Positions 25,112 to 25,248 of a stretch of DNA of 25,248 nucleotides are shown one piece after another (position 1 is the stretch's first letter; every line of letters starts with the position of its first letter). Made by a program: the position numbers and the translations under genes. Source of the stretch: a virus (taxonomy: Duplodnaviria > Heunggongvirae > Uroviricota > Caudoviricetes); IMG/VR virus record IMGVR_UViG_2609459844_000006, positions 1 to 25,248 of that record; one strand, 5' to 3'. The notes below the pieces were generated by a model. It was given only the letters and a program-made list of their open reading frames with translations. It did not search any database and was not told the origin of the DNA.

Positions 25112-25248
25112 ACAATGCCGGTATCATCGCCATTGAACCAGCAAGCAGCAACGTACTGCTTAACAATCTGCCTTCTTCTGCAACCACTGACAGAAGTGTC
25201 ACGCTGGTTCAGACCAGTCTGGACGGGAAGACCTGGGTGATTACCTGA
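25039..25248 (+). CDS. unknown C-terminal protein fragment (possibly tail-fibre related), out of frame with the K-like start
   Basis: Open frame ...VQVVVNNAGIIAIEPASSNVLLNNLPSSATTDRSVTLVQTSLDGKTWVIT ending at the window edge; its ATG is probably fortuitous. Confidence 0.25.
   Translation: MCTGGIVRVPDAKISAGNTVQVVVNNAGIIAIEPASSNVLLNNLPSSATTDRSVTLVQTSLDGKTWVIT

Noticed and set aside
1-25248. CRISPR arrays, rRNA or canonical tRNA genes
   Set aside because: No regularly spaced direct repeats with unique spacers and no cloverleaf-compatible sequences were seen; the only repeat arrays are the operator half-sites and the replication iterons.

Overview
This 25.2-kb window appears to be a defective, mosaic lambdoid-type prophage of an enterobacterial host, read entirely by eye from the sequence and ORF track with no database search. 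Leftward (minus-strand) early genes run from a YfdP/YfdQ/HD-hydrolase-like trio through Ea22-like and small genes to an excisionase-like segment and a tyrosine integrase (1-1128). The immunity region has a LexA/S24-type cI repressor divergent from a Cro-like HTH gene across repeated CAACTTT operator half-sites. Rightward follow a replication initiator with in-gene iterons, a Dam-family MTase, nin-like genes (RusA, Rha/KilAC antirepressor, DUF968-like), a Q-like gene, a late promoter/terminator region, a second orphan MTase, a lysis cassette (holin, GH19-type endolysin, spanin-like pair), an HNH endonuclease, and tail remnants (tape measure, gpM, a chimeric Lom/Ail-gpL ORF, a gpK-like fragment). 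No terminase, portal, capsid or tail-tube genes are present, so the morphogenesis module looks deleted. The most interesting content is cargo of unknown function at classic moron positions: (1) a promoter/terminator-insulated two-gene operon between Q and the lysis genes (14989-16148), one protein carrying an Rx6H HEPN-like motif; (2) a tandem-repeat + BRCT-domain protein next to cI (6384-7265) with an operator-like 12-mer upstream; (3) an AT-rich two-gene cassette encoding a soluble protein and a 2-TM membrane protein after the spanins (19428-20118). A 0.9-kb ORF-free stretch (5380-6380), several frame-disrupted genes and fusion junctions are also flagged. All family assignments are from motif recognition and need confirmation by profile searches.
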